Of a stretch of 64,000 nucleotides of DNA, positions 37,976 through 51,023 are shown piece by piece. Made by a program: the position numbers and the translations under genes. The notes under the pieces are model-generated. The model ran no database searches and was not told the origin of the DNA. It saw nothing but the letters and a program-made list of their open reading frames with translations. Numbering within the stretch: the stretch's first letter is position 1; each line of letters starts with the position of its first letter. This stretch comes from Marsupella aquatica. Its lineage: Eukaryota; Plantae; Marchantiophyta. Location: NCBI GenBank assembly GCA_973895155.1, contig OZ316891.1:30945112-31009111 (forward strand). The letters run 5' to 3'.

Positions 37976-40074
37976 TCTCTATCATTCTAGTCTCTCTACC
38001 TTCTTCGCTCTTCCCTCCCTCCCTGCTTGCGCCAGAACCGACGCAATTGTTTGCAGTCCCTTCCTCTCCCTCCGCCCTTTTTCCAGACACGTGCACACCC
38101 CCACGTCGTGCACCCCGTTGGTCCCCACCCCACCCCACCCTACCCCTTCCCTTCCCTCGTCCCTTCCCGAGTATAACGTGGTGTTGGTGTCGTCGCAGTG
38201 GGGGGGACGGTGAGGAGTCGCCTCCTCGCTGCTCATTTATCTATTTGTTTATTAATATTAATTAAGGAGTTGGGCCGGATCAGTGATAAGTGAGGCTGGG
38301 TCCGCCCCAATAAAGGCCTTGAGAAATCCTAATAAAAACGCTTGCTGAAACGGCGGGACTGCGTGCGGTACACTTTCCTGGACAACCATAAGTTCCTTTT
38401 CCACGCTCTTAGGTTGTCGGACTTCGGCATCCTGCTCACCTGCTGGCCCTTACTACTGACTTTTCTCGTTTTGGCGGGCGGTTTTTTCGTTTTATATTAT
38501 GCCTTTTTAACGGAAATTATTTATTTCATCAGCACGTCGTTTCCAAGGCACATCTGCCTAGCTCCCCCCCTCCCCCAAGCCTGTGAGAGGGGACTTGAAC
38601 CTGACAGCTTATATTCTACCTTCTCTTGTGAGGATCCTAAATGTGGGTTTCTGGCGACCTTCTTTATTTGGCTCTTGGGCGTTGCGTTTGTTTCCAGTCA
38701 AGATTAGGGTGTCCATGCTACATTGCATTGGTACGCCTTTGCATTTGATTTTTAAAAGAAAACCGGAATACACCTCGTCATCAAGGGTTTTTAATAGATT
38801 GTCATCAAGTCACTTCATTTTGTGTCTGGGTTTATTTCCTAGTTTTGTGAGTTCTATAGAAATTGGGTTCTAAAGGAACACAACATTCTAAAGGAAACCC
38901 AACTTTGTGGCTAATTGGTCTAGCATTTTATGGGGGGGAAGGGGGCACGGCAGAGGGAACACAAAGTCTGGGTGGGTATGCAATCTCACACTCTGCTTAC
39001 TCCAATGCAGATCATTAATCACTTCATTTCCAGAATTGCTTTAGGACTTCTTTGGCCCAAACTTAACATGAATTTGGGTTGATGAATTCTCACACATGGA
39101 ACAGAATACTATCCTGAATTCATTGATAGGCAACAGATCCGGTCGACTGCATTGAAGTTGGTGCCAAAATTAGCAATTGGTAGATTGTTAAGGGAAAAAG
39201 TGACCAATTCCTGACCTGGGGTCCGTCAATTCAACTAAGTTTATTCTCAAAGCAACATAAGTCCAGAATACATCTAGCCTTAAAGAAAGGAGACAACTAT
39301 ACACAATAAGAGGAGTTTTTAAAAATGAAAGGTTCAAAGATTCAAGAGCAGTCCCCTCCCTCACAACTAACCAGATTTAGGGAATAAGTAACCAAGGACG
39401 AAAACAGTGACAACTAAGGACACCATAAACTTTAAGAAGACAGAATTAATCAGAAAGCCATGGAAACACTCACAAGAAGAAAAAGTGAGGGATGCAACCA
39501 TGAGGCACATTATAAGTTGGTCTACAAGCTGCCCATAAAAATAGTCCTTTAAGCCTAAGTAATATAATATAAATCCAGCTAAACCAAGATGTAACCTGAA
39601 ATATCACACAAAACACCCAGGTCGACCAATGGTCAATGATGAATGTGGACATGAAGGGAAACAAAGTTGACAGTATGAAGACCAGGACATTGATTTGATG
39701 TTTCAATTGACAATAGTGCCCCAAATGTTTTTGTACTTGCAAATGTGTCATAGTTTGTATTTTTTGAACAAGTTCACCAATCAGAATAATCATATACAAA
39801 AACCTTTATATAATTTTAATTACAATAAAAACAATGGTAATATTGTAAATTGAAACATCTTTGTATAGTGGAAATATAATTAAAAGCTAGTAATGTTTAT
39901 CCAATTACTAAATGTTGGCACGATGGTGTCATTCATAATCTCTTGGATTTATAAAAACATGCAATAGCTTAGATAAATAAGCTTTTTCTTTTGTCACGAA
40001 ATACCTCACCTAAATTCATTACTAACCCAGGTACAACATCTTTCTTGTCCCAGACACATAAAATGAAGTGTGAA

Positions 40075-40680
40075 TGAAATCTCTGGGTTTGCCAAAATTC
40101 TTCCATGTATTTCTGCAATTACGATGGACAGCATTTTAGTTAACCCTCACAATGTCACAACGTATATTTATATTTAGCCCGGTTTTCTAACTACAATTTA
40201 TGGAGAATCTGTGTTTGCCAAAATGGTCCCATGTATTCTAGTAACTAAGATGGACAACATCGTCAATTTACTCACAAAAACGTCACTGAAAATATGTCTA
40301 ATTAGCCCATCCGGGTTACCACCTTTTCCATCTACGATCCATGAGAGCATCATATTGTGCAGTCATAAGTACCCAGTCGTTCCATTATCCTTTCAGGTTT
40401 AATCATGGTTTTCAATGCTAAAGGAACCTCTTGTTCCAATCTGCAGTTCTTTACAATTAATTCTCAACATTTTCAAATTACTCACAATAATGTCACCAAA
40501 ACTATTTTTAATCAGCCCATTTGGGTTACCACGTCTCCTGCCTAGCATCCATGGGAGCATCAAATCCACAAGTACCCAGTCGTCCCATTAATTTTTCGGT
40601 CCAGTTTGATCGTTGTTTTCAATGCCGAAGGAAAGTCCCATGATCCAATATTCCAATCTGCAGTTCTTGACAATTAATTC
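40075..40680 (+). repeat. Dispersed repeat family B, copy 2, with internal duplications
   Basis: GTTTGCCAAAAT...CCATGTATT...GATGGACA...CTCACAA repeated at about 40085 and 40212. AGCCCAT..GGGTTACCAC...ATCCATG.GAGCATCA...AAGTACCCAGTCGT repeated at about 40303 and 40514. Confidence 0.7.
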
Positions 40681-43420
40681 TACGCTTCACCTACAAACTT
40701 TCACGTTCCTCAGTCGGGTTGTACCTCCCACGTCCCAGCCGCACTTTGATTCATTCAACTAGTTGGACCGTAGTTAGACAGGGGAGGACACCATCCCCTC
40801 CTCGCCTTGCGCTGCCGTATGGAATGCATGCACTTTCCATTAAACTTTAGCTCTCCCCGCTTTAGAACCACCACTATTGTACAGTTCAGCTCCAACGGCT
40901 AAGCAGCTCGGCAGACTGATCTTTCCCGCCGAGACAACGAGCCTTCGTCCAATTATGGGTACAATGGGGACCGGGGGGAAAAATGGAGACCAGCGAGGTG
41001 AATGGGATCGATCCTTGGCCTACAGTACTCATGTGGAAATGCTACCCTGCAACTAGCAGCAGCAGCTGGTGACGGAGGAGGAGTAGGCTCTTGACTGGAA
41101 CAAGAGACAGCGTTATGCATTTTTCCTGCTCGTCCTGCTCAGCAGCTGTCCTTTGGGGGTTAGAGATGCTCCACAATATACAGGAAACAAAATCACCTGA
41201 CTTCACGTGACTGCTCTATGCCTCTCCGTAGTGCCTCCATAGTCCATACGACCGAAACATCAAGAAAGATGCTCTCCCCGGGCTCTGCTGCTCAACCGAT
41301 AGGTAGTCTTGTCTTCTGAGGACAACTCTGTTGACTAAAGAAACACAATTAAAGTGAACGAAAAAGGGCGATTATATATAAAAGGAAACTCATGATTAGG
41401 AGCTAGGGGCTAGCTAGGTAACTTGCCACAATCATACCGTAACCGTGAGTCCATCAAGCGGAAGGTGTGGCGGTAGACATGGCGACTTGACTGCTTGATG
41501 GTACGGGAACGGGGCCATCCCTCGACTCCGGTGATTTGGCAGGACTACTGCCTCATGATAAACATGATAATTAATAGGAAGAAAGAAGAGAGCGCTTGGA
41601 ACACGGAATGCAAGCGGTGCATGTCCACCTCGACCAGCTGGAAAAGAAAGAATGATGTGATGCAAGAAAGTCAAAATGTCACAGACAAAATATGAGTCAA
41701 TTACAAACAGAATCATGCTACTTGACGATCGATTATCGCCCACTTTCTGTCTGATTATCGGATTATACGGGACCTACTTCAGTTTTAGCATTGCTGTACT
41801 GTCCTGTTGTCCTAGCTAGAGTCCGGATCCACGCCTAATCTGCTTTCATTCACACCCAGGACGCCTATAAGAGTCTAGCTAGGTGGGTTATTCTTTCATT
41901 ATTATTCCAGTAGTTACTGACCGTATAATTACCCAAATTGCGGTACCTCGGGCCGGGACGTTGGACGTGGTACGTGGTCGTAGTAGTAGGTCGGTCTGGT
42001 TTTGTCCGGGGACAAGGGATTATTTCCTGACTGCCTGAAGTACGTCCGTCGTATGTACTGTCCCACCGCAAGCTTTCTTGGGTAGGAGGCTGTGGAAAAC
42101 GGGACATGTTGATGTAGACGAGCTACTGACAGAAATATGAATGCATGGTATGAGGTAGAAGTGTAGAACGAGAGTACCAGGCAGTAGTACCAGGCAAGGC
42201 ATATCGATGTTACTTACTGCCGTAGTACCCAGCTGGTAAAGCCTAGGTGATGAGTTGAATGAGTCTCGGGGATGGCGACTGGTTAACGGAGGCTACTGCA
42301 GCTGCTCCTAGTCTGCTTTAGCTTTAGCTTTGGAATCCAGTGCAACCACTCCGTCTTGGTGTCATGGTACGTCACTCGTTGGAGATAAAAATGTTGCAAA
42401 GATGGAACAGAGGACTACGGTAAGCTGCGCAGACAGCAGTACCTCTCAGTACTAACCGATCACGTACCGGACAGTACGTGCCTTATGGTAGTATGGACTT
42501 TGCACCGTACCTACCTTACTGCAGCAGGAGGGCAGACGTAGTAGGAAAGGAATAGTAAGTTGAAAGAATTTGTGCATTCAATCAAATCGAATTATAACCA
42601 TTGAGGTGGGGAGGTGGGGAAAGAAAGGACGGAAGAACCATAATTTTGTGGACTTTACATTGAGCGGCTCACCGGCTAGAACCCGTGAGCCAGAATTGAA
42701 TAGTATTGATTGATACCGTGGCACCAAACGCAGCAAGAGGTCATTCATGAAATGGGATTCGAGAGACAACAGACTCTGTCAATGAAGAACGCGAAAAGAG
42801 TATTAGAGGCTGTAAAGTTATTAATTAACGATTGGCAATGACTGCCCAACTGCGCTTTGCCTTGGCCCGCTCGATCAAGCTCATTCTGGCTTCAGTTGAT
42901 TGTGTGCTTCACTGTGCACTTCAATCCATAGTCAAGCTGAACTCTGATTGATGGCGTGCAGAGCGGTGGGGATGGCGAAAATTTTCAGGGAACGACAATT
43001 AAGTCGTGAGGCTCGAAGGGTTGGTGAGCACCATGCTACAGCAAGAATTGCAGCAGCAGAATGTGCACATCGAGAACAGCTTTATTGGAAAAAGCAAGAG
43101 CTAGCCATTGTATGCTGTTACACTTCACGTGATTTCTTGTAATCTTTCGAGACAAGGTGCAAGAGCCAGAGATCAGGGGTATGAGGAGCGGCAGGAGAAA
43201 GCCCACTCACTTAAGCTGAGGATATAAGCACGCATTTCCTCGACAATAGACATATATGAGTTGTAGTTGAATTTGATAAAGGCTGTCGGTGGAGTTCATC
43301 TCACGTTCATCCAACTCTTCCATTAAATTGGTGCAAGTATTTTTGCTTTGGAAAACACACAAGAAAAGGAGATAGGTTACAGAAGAAGGGCAGTCATAGA
43401 AGACAAAAACCCAGGGACCA

Positions 43421-43551
43421 GGTTTCTGGTGTTTCCCTTGTCCTTTGGGCTTGTACATAATTATCTTTCTGGAGTTTCCCTTGTCCTGTTGGCTTGTACA
43501 TAATTGTCTTTCTGGTGTTGCCCTTGTCCTCTGGGCTTGTACATAATTATC
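43421..43551. repeat. Minisatellite, about 43 bp x3
   Basis: TTTCTGG.GTT.CCCTTGTCCT...GGCTTGTACATAATT.TCTT three times. Confidence 0.9.
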
Positions 43552-45187
43552 TTGTTAATCCATAAAGATGTTGATACAAAACAAAACAAAACAAAACCAG
43601 AGCCCTAAAGAGGATGAGGGTGATGGAAAAATCCTGCCCCTGGTTGATTAATAAAACCTTTTTAAAATAAAAGCATTTCTTTAAAGGGAGAGTGCATTAA
43701 TGAAATTCTAGTGACTGCTCCGCCAATGATCTTGGGGGCAAAGAGAAAGTTTCCCATAACCATCCCCGCAAAGAGCAGCGGGGCAAAGAGAAGGCAGACC
43801 CAACTGGCCAAGGGACAAATAAACCAAGTACCACAGTGCCAAAACCTCACAAGGATTCCCAAATAATGTGCATACCCAGACTTCCCATGCCCATCCCTAG
43901 TCACAAGCATTGTCTAAAAACTGAAAAACAGACTAAAAAAATATGGAGTAGATCTGGGAATTGGGGCTAATATTACCTGAAAGACCCTCAAAACCAGTCT
44001 TTTCAGAAAAAGCTTGCTTAAGTAAGGGTACTATATGACTGCCAAAATATGTGCATCGGCTTTCGCGTGCATACTAATTCTTACAACCTGCACATGTTCA
44101 TTGCAGTATTTGCCGAAACCCTACTGGGTACTCAGGACCGGGCCCAGGACAGGGCAAGTTTGTTGGAAGTCTTTGATCACTTGAGCTTGCAACAAGAAGT
44201 CACTAGTGAGAACCTCTCTTTGTTTCTGGAGCATTGGCCAGTCTTGTGGAGTGTCAAGCTCCCCCTCCAATGGTACAATTATTAGCTTAGCAGTCTCCCT
44301 GTCCTTTGGCTAGGCTTTCCTTGGAACCAACCTCACCGGCTCGTCACCACTTCAACCTTTGGTTCACCCCATGTGCTGTCACTTGTTTGGGCCATCCTAT
44401 TTGGGTGCTTTCTTTAGGAATGGAATTCAATTCAAGGGCTAGCCAAAACACCTAGCCAAAACATGTGTTCGATCCCATCCTACTTCAACACAAAACATGT
44501 TTTCAGGTGCATTTAATTTGCCTCAAATAAGGTTTTTTTAGGCTCTAGTGTCTCAAATTTAAATCCTCCTCATTTGCTTGCATGTTTTCTAGTCCACCAT
44601 TTTGGGAGGTCACATTTTGCTCTGGGCCTTAAGCTTTTTGTTATCATTTGTTTTGGGGGCAAACCTAATTATGGATTTGGATAGTGGCATTTTAATTCAC
44701 ACATTAAGAAAATAGTTATGGAAATTCTGGACACGATTAACAAGAACGTTATGAATATTCTGAGCTTGCTCATTTAAACACTAACCTTTCAATGTTGATA
44801 TTAATTTTGAAATTAAAAATAAAAGCAGGAGAATTATACTCTGGAAACTGAAGCCCTTATATAGACCTAAATGTTTGACAAAATGTCAAAACATAATAGT
44901 TGCAGATGATGGCTTTTGGCCATAGCTTTTTCTCAGGGCTATTTAAAGTTTTCTTTTGTTTCTTTTCACTAGCCTCTACAGTTTATGGTCATGGAAAATT
45001 TAAGGAATATAAATCTATTCGACCATAACATTTTTTTGTCTCTTATCTTAACTCACTAGTTAAGGTCCATCAAATTTTGAGTTTTGCTACCCCTAATGTT
45101 TCCTGAAATTTTCACAGAGAAAAATCTCAAAGCGCATTAAGAATTTGTAAAGATTACTAGTCACTCACAGACCCTTGAGTAATGTTT

Positions 45188-45946
45188 GAAACAGAATTTT
45201 GCTATCCTGTCCCCCAAACTGAGCTAAATTACTAATGTACCCCCAAAATTATTTTAATTGCTAGGATTTCCCCCCATATTGTATACATGGGTTACATTAA
45301 TTGTTTTAGTTTACCCGAGGGGATTTCTCATTGGTGGACTAACACATGGTGAGATGCTATTGTGTCCGCCTTACCCTGGCCGAGTTTACCCTCACCCGGC
45401 TAGTTTTTTTCTCATTTTTTGAATGAGCCCTGCACCAAACATGGCTGGCCCCTCCCCCTCGAAGTTTCAATCCCAACCCTGATGACCTGGCTGGCTGGGT
45501 GCTGCAATTTCCCTTCAAAAATGGGGTCCCACACTCCATAGGGGCCTGGTGATCCTTGGGGCCCGATGATCCACCCTACGCCCACTTATCCGAGCGAAAG
45601 AGGCCCTGAAAGTATACATACTGTCCATGTGTAAACAAACCCGCATTCGGGCCTAGTACGACCTGATTCGAGCTAGGTCATTGGGATTTAAAACTCGAGA
45701 GGGGAACAGGCTAGCCTTATTCGGTGTAGGGTTCATTCAAAAAGTGGAAAAGAGCCAGCCAGGTGAGGGTAAGGTTGAGCCAATTGCGCCTTGCCATGTG
45801 TCAGTCCACCAATGGGGAATCACCTGGGGTTAACTAAAACTATTAAAGTAACTCATATATACAGAATGGGGGACAACCTTGCAATTAAAATAATTTTGGG
45901 GGTATGTTACTAATTTAGCTTAGTTTGGGGGAAATTAAGCTGTTTC
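45188..45946. mobile_element. Fold-back MITE / non-autonomous Mutator-like DNA transposon
   Basis: Imperfect inverted arms at about 45210-45500 and 45665-45932. Examples: CCCCCAAACTGAGCTAAATTACTAA / TTACTAATTTAGCTTAGTTTGGGGG, CCCCCAAAATTATTTTAATTGC / GCAATTAAAATAATTTTGGGGG, CATTGGTGGACTAACACATGG / CCATGTGTCAGTCCACCAATG. No ORF; TSD not resolved. Confidence 0.85.
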
Positions 45947-48900
45947 TTGAAATGAAATATAAACACTGACTTTTCAATGTAAGCAGTGTTTTTAAAATTA
46001 AACAAGTAATGGATGTCTTGCTCGAACCCGAGTAGCATTAGGGATTGTCAAAGCATAGTTGTATTTGTGTTATCAAATGTCAAGTGCGTGATAGAAGTAA
46101 GAACTTCTACTCCTTGTAGGAGAATATAATTGGGTATTTTTATGTGATTGCTAAGGACATAATATATACTTATGGTCAAGACAGAATGTTATGGATGACC
46201 AAAATATATACCCCTAAGGATGGTACGTCCAAAACAATTAAGTATTAAAAAATTAAATTGTAACAAAACATGTTACCGGAGAACTTTTACAGGCTCTATT
46301 AAGGTATCCAATTCGACCCACACCTTCAACAAGCAAGTGCGTCGCAGCATGCACCCTTTGGGAAGGCGATGGAATAAAGTGCGTAGCAAGCATCATAGTT
46401 AGGAACTCATGAAGCGACACTACGCTGGCCTCAGCGGTCGGTCACAGGCCACAAGCATGGGTTTAGGGGTAATCAGGGAGAAGTACGAAGAAAGCAAGCC
46501 AGATGCCACCGCCAGACCCCGGCAGGACGATGACCACTCCGAACGAAACTATGGCGGAATCTCACGACTTCTTTGGTGTAGAAATTCGATCATCAGTACT
46601 TTGTACCACCACATCATGCAACTTACTACGCAAACTGTCACAGCACAGCCCATCAGTGGGTGCAGAACTCATGCAGAAGGCAAGCAGTCAGAGGAGCACT
46701 AACAGGAATGTCATGGCAGATTCTGTTTCCATCCCGAGGCAATTTCTTTCTCATTGTTTATCATTCTGTCGAAGCAAGCAGGACACCGTGAGTGCTCAGC
46801 ATGCAGCCCTGTGGTAAGCTGTACTGGTCTACCAGAACATAATGAGTGTAACTCATCATATCACACGACCTCTCATTCGCATTCAACCGTGTCATTCAAT
46901 ATCGATTCATCCCGAGTCTCAAATCTCTTTAATAAACTCATCGACTGTACACACACACAAACACTATATTATGAGACGAGACTTTACACACGCAACTAAC
47001 CAGACCGCAAGATCCATAAATGCGTTGCCTGCTGAGAAATTGAGCCACCCACGAAATTGAGCCAAGAACGGAGCTCGGGCACGTACAACATCCCGAAACA
47101 CAAATTCAACAGTACCCCTGTGACCCTGTCGTTCGTTCGCTGCGCAGAGAAATTAATTGACGAGTGACGAACTGATTGAGTTGACGTACTGAAAACCCAT
47201 CTGTATAATTGCATCGTAATCAAGTCAATCGCGATGACGTTCAATCGTTCATTCAACACTTCACTCAACTGACTTGACGCCATTCCGCAGAGGCAAAGCA
47301 ATTATATTTTAAAGCGCACTGGTTCATTCTTGTTTATTCTTTACATACTTTTCATTGCTTCTCGACCACAATCTTTCGAGTGGTGAAGTGCAGCACATCA
47401 ATTTAATCTGGGATCCTCCGTCCTTCGGAGCCCGTGCCAGAAGGCTGCACAATGCCTGGCAACGACACCTCCATGTCAGGTCTCTCTTTACTGAAATCGA
47501 TCAGGTTTACGGCTCCCATATCCCTTTCGTGAACTGCAACGAGCTCATTCTCTCTCTAGTCTCTACCTTCATCAGTGTCATCTCTTCCCATTCACTCCCC
47601 GTGAACAAATTCCACACGAGCCGGCCCCAACTGACCCACTCACTGCCCAGCCCTCCGACGTACGTCCATCCAGAGTCCTTTATCTAATGGATAATCCCCC
47701 GATATAATTCTGGCCGTTGGATATCGCATTGGACGATCCAGAGCTCTTCATCGGCGTAGTTATTAGACAATAATTGTCATCTCCGATTATTATGATGATA
47801 ACTACTGTGGTTTGCTCCTTCTGCTCGGGCGTGATTATCGGTAACGTTATGGACCGTATGTCTTAATCAGAGAGGTAAGTGAAGAAGTTACGAGTAAGTG
47901 GAGGTGGTTAACTGCACGGCAGATTCGATGACAAGGACGGATGTGGGGCCCAGTATCGACGGCCTCGTTGGCGCAGCCGAGTTTTTGGGGAGGGTCATCA
48001 TTAGCGTCCATTAGGTTGAGTGAGGTTTAGAAGAGACAAAGCAATACGCATGGGCAGCACCTGCTGCTGGGATTATTATTATTTAAGGGCCTTGAGTGGC
48101 GAACAATTAGAGGAACGCCCACAATCATCGGTGAAAGGCTCGAAAACGAATCTACCTTTACGGCAGCTTTGTGCAGCATTTGGTTCACATTCTTCAACCT
48201 TTTTCTTGATGTGCGTGTGTGTGTGTTGGGATTTGTGACGAACCCTCTCTGTCGAGAAACTTTAAAGGACGAATTTGGTAGGTTCCAGCTTTTTTTGGAG
48301 GCCAAAATTGGTCGACTCAATCTCGCTGAAATTTGTCGGCCACTCTATTGTCTGCGATTGGCCAGTTTCCCACCTAGCCTGAGTCTCCATTAAACTAGAT
48401 TCTAATGATTATCCTTAGATTTCGGGATATCTAACGACCAAAAATCCATCTATGAAAATTAAATAATGAATATTTTTAGCATATTTTATCGGTGCCCCGT
48501 GAGATTCGTCTGCACCGATTTTCCAAGTCAGCAATTCAGCAAAGAAGAGTCGAGTGTGTCCAATCACACTTCGCAGAATTTCCTAAGCATGTCAGTACTT
48601 TGGTGGATAATTAAGAACATGATATGACAGAATCTTCATCAAATTGAAGGGCGATTTAATTCAATTTATTGTTTCTCCTTGATTCTGGCACATGCGAGGG
48701 CAGTTATTTTGCATTTTTAAAATGCTCAATCCAGTGAATTGAATTTCGCTTTGCCACCACTGACTAGCAATAACATGCTCTACTAGGGAAGATAGCACTC
48801 AGTGATTTATTTAGCAGCCATGAGCATTACAACTCTAACTTGTTCACCACTCCCAAAATATATTCCTCGTCAGCTATAGATGATCCACTTGAGTTGGAAA

Positions 48901-49092
48901 CTTGTCCATCAAAAGTCTTTCAGAGAACCTTTCTTTATAGAGGTAAGCCTCAGTCAAACCCATCCATTCGGGTTGCCTCTTTTGAGTGCTGCACTTGTAG
49001 ACTTAGTTACAACTACTTAGTTCCAATGCCACTAAGTAAGAAATTCAATTCACTGGAGTGAGTATTGGGAAAGCCTTACATAAGTAAGACAT

Positions 49093-49452
49093 CTAAGGAC
49101 AGAGGTCTGAGAGGAATATGCAGGAACCTAGTCTGATTATTGCCAACACTGGCTTTGTGACACTGAGTGTTTTGGGTGGCTGATGGGTGTTGTTAGGAGG
49201 GTAGGGCTTAAGGCACCTTCTCTCCTTGTGTGTGTGCTCTATCTTTTTCACCGGGTGGCTTTTACCCCAGGAATAATAGATGGGGCTGGCCCCTCCATTC
49301 ATTGGAAAAAAGAAGTCATCTAAAATCGATCCTGCTTGTGATCTAATCCAGAAATCCTTCCCAAAGTGATAGCAGACACTGAAAAAATGCCAACTAGCAC
49401 CTTCTTGGTGTGAAGAATGCAAATTATTTGAGTTTGCATTTGAGAGGTGCAA
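49093..49452 (-). mobile_element. Possible degenerate L1-type LINE endonuclease fragment
   Basis: FWIRSQAGSILDDFFF and the terminal LSDLCP resemble the SRLDRF and SDHxP motifs of APE-type endonucleases; weak match. Confidence 0.35.
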
Positions 49453-50989
49453 TCAGTAGGAATTGTAATTTTGAAAATTAGCCAGGTCTACTATATTTTT
49501 TATTAGGTTTTGATAATCCCTCTGTAATTGCCCTTCCCCACTTACATTTTGCAAGTCCCCAGAGAGGCATGTGGGGATAGCGTGTGTTTTTGAGGAAAAT
49601 AATTAAATTCAGGCACAGCATGTCACATCACTTAGAAATTCCTTCAGCATGTAACATCATTTAGAAATTCCTTCCGCTCAAATGCTTAGCGCAGTATCAA
49701 CTACAACTACAGTAGTTAAGCAAATCTGGGCTGCAACTATAGTGAGTGAGGCAGGTCATATATTATGGAAGTCATCTTTGGATGGGCATGACAATTTTTT
49801 TGCTGCGTGGCTTTTGTGTCAGAGAAAATCAAGTTCTTTCTACCTTCCAAACCTGAGAAAATTTCTACAATGGAAAGATATTCTGCCTCCGGTTCCCAAT
49901 TCATTGCACAACTGGTTTTAGTTGTGCATGGGTTTTCAACTAGGTGAGGACAATATCATGCTCTCCAGCTCTTCTTGGTCTCCAGTATTATTTTCCTCAA
50001 CTGAAAGTAGTTATAGTATTGAATGGACCTTCGATATAATCTTAAGCAATATAAGCAGAGTCATGTTTGGCACCACGTATCAATTTAGAGTCAGAGATCT
50101 TTAGGAGAGGTTAGACGAGGGACAGGCAGGTGTGGTCAACTGTGAGGTAAATTAATCAACAATGGTGGGGCTGCTATGTGGGTTACTATTACTTAGAATC
50201 AGGGGACAAAGGAATAACAGAAATAGTTTTAGGGCAGGTTAATAATTGGAGTGAGTTTGGGGGGAACCACAGTAAAACAATGAGTATTCAAGTTTGCTAC
50301 ACAGAGGGTCACTGATTTATAAATGTAACTCCTTTCACTTTGTGCGTTGGGACTCTCAGGTCATAGTTTGGAAGTTTAAGAAGAAATGTGGCAAGTTGAA
50401 ACATTGGGTGTGTAACTAGCAATTGTTTTCCAGCCAAAAGCCAGATGGGATCCTGGTCACAAATGTTTTGCTCAGCTAGGACGCTAAGCTTGCATGCCAT
50501 CTATGAAAACATGTATTCTAACTTAGATGACATGGATTTACAGCAAAACTAGTTGACAATATCTGATTTACCTGTTCAGATCACATCCAAGTTCAAAAGT
50601 TTGGACAGATCTCACATCCGAGCATATGAGTCAATTTGCTGCCAAAAGTTAAGTAATCTTTTTGAGGTCAGGCTTTTATCTCAAAGTCCCCCACCCTCCA
50701 GTGTTGTCATCATCCTAAACCTGTTTCATTCCAATGCACTAACAATCAGGCAATTCAGGTCTAGGTTTTTAAAGTGGCCAAATTTTGCCAAATTCAACAT
50801 CCTTAAATATGCCACTTTTAAAATCTGCCACTTTTTTTAATCTGATTGGCCAGTTTCCCACCAAGCCACAGATGATCATACAGTCTGGAACTATTACAGT
50901 TCCTTTCCCCTCTTCCCCCTTCATATCTATTTATTTATAAATGTATATATTTATTTGTTTTAATTTTTTCTTTGTTTACTTCTTAGGCA

Positions 50990-50992
<3 letters not shown>

Positions 50993-51021
<29 letters not shown>
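50993..51021. repeat. (AT)n microsatellite
   Basis: Direct read of the sequence. Confidence 0.9.

Positions 51022-51023
<2 letters not shown>

Noticed and set aside
37449-38265. Long ORFs of 148 and 195 aa upstream of BOI
   Set aside because: They are translations of microsatellite or low-complexity DNA (poly-Y, poly-C, poly-P, poly-L).
38575-38660. Minus-strand GGTTCAAGTCC B-box-like motif (tRNA or SINE)
   Set aside because: No A box or cloverleaf could be found.
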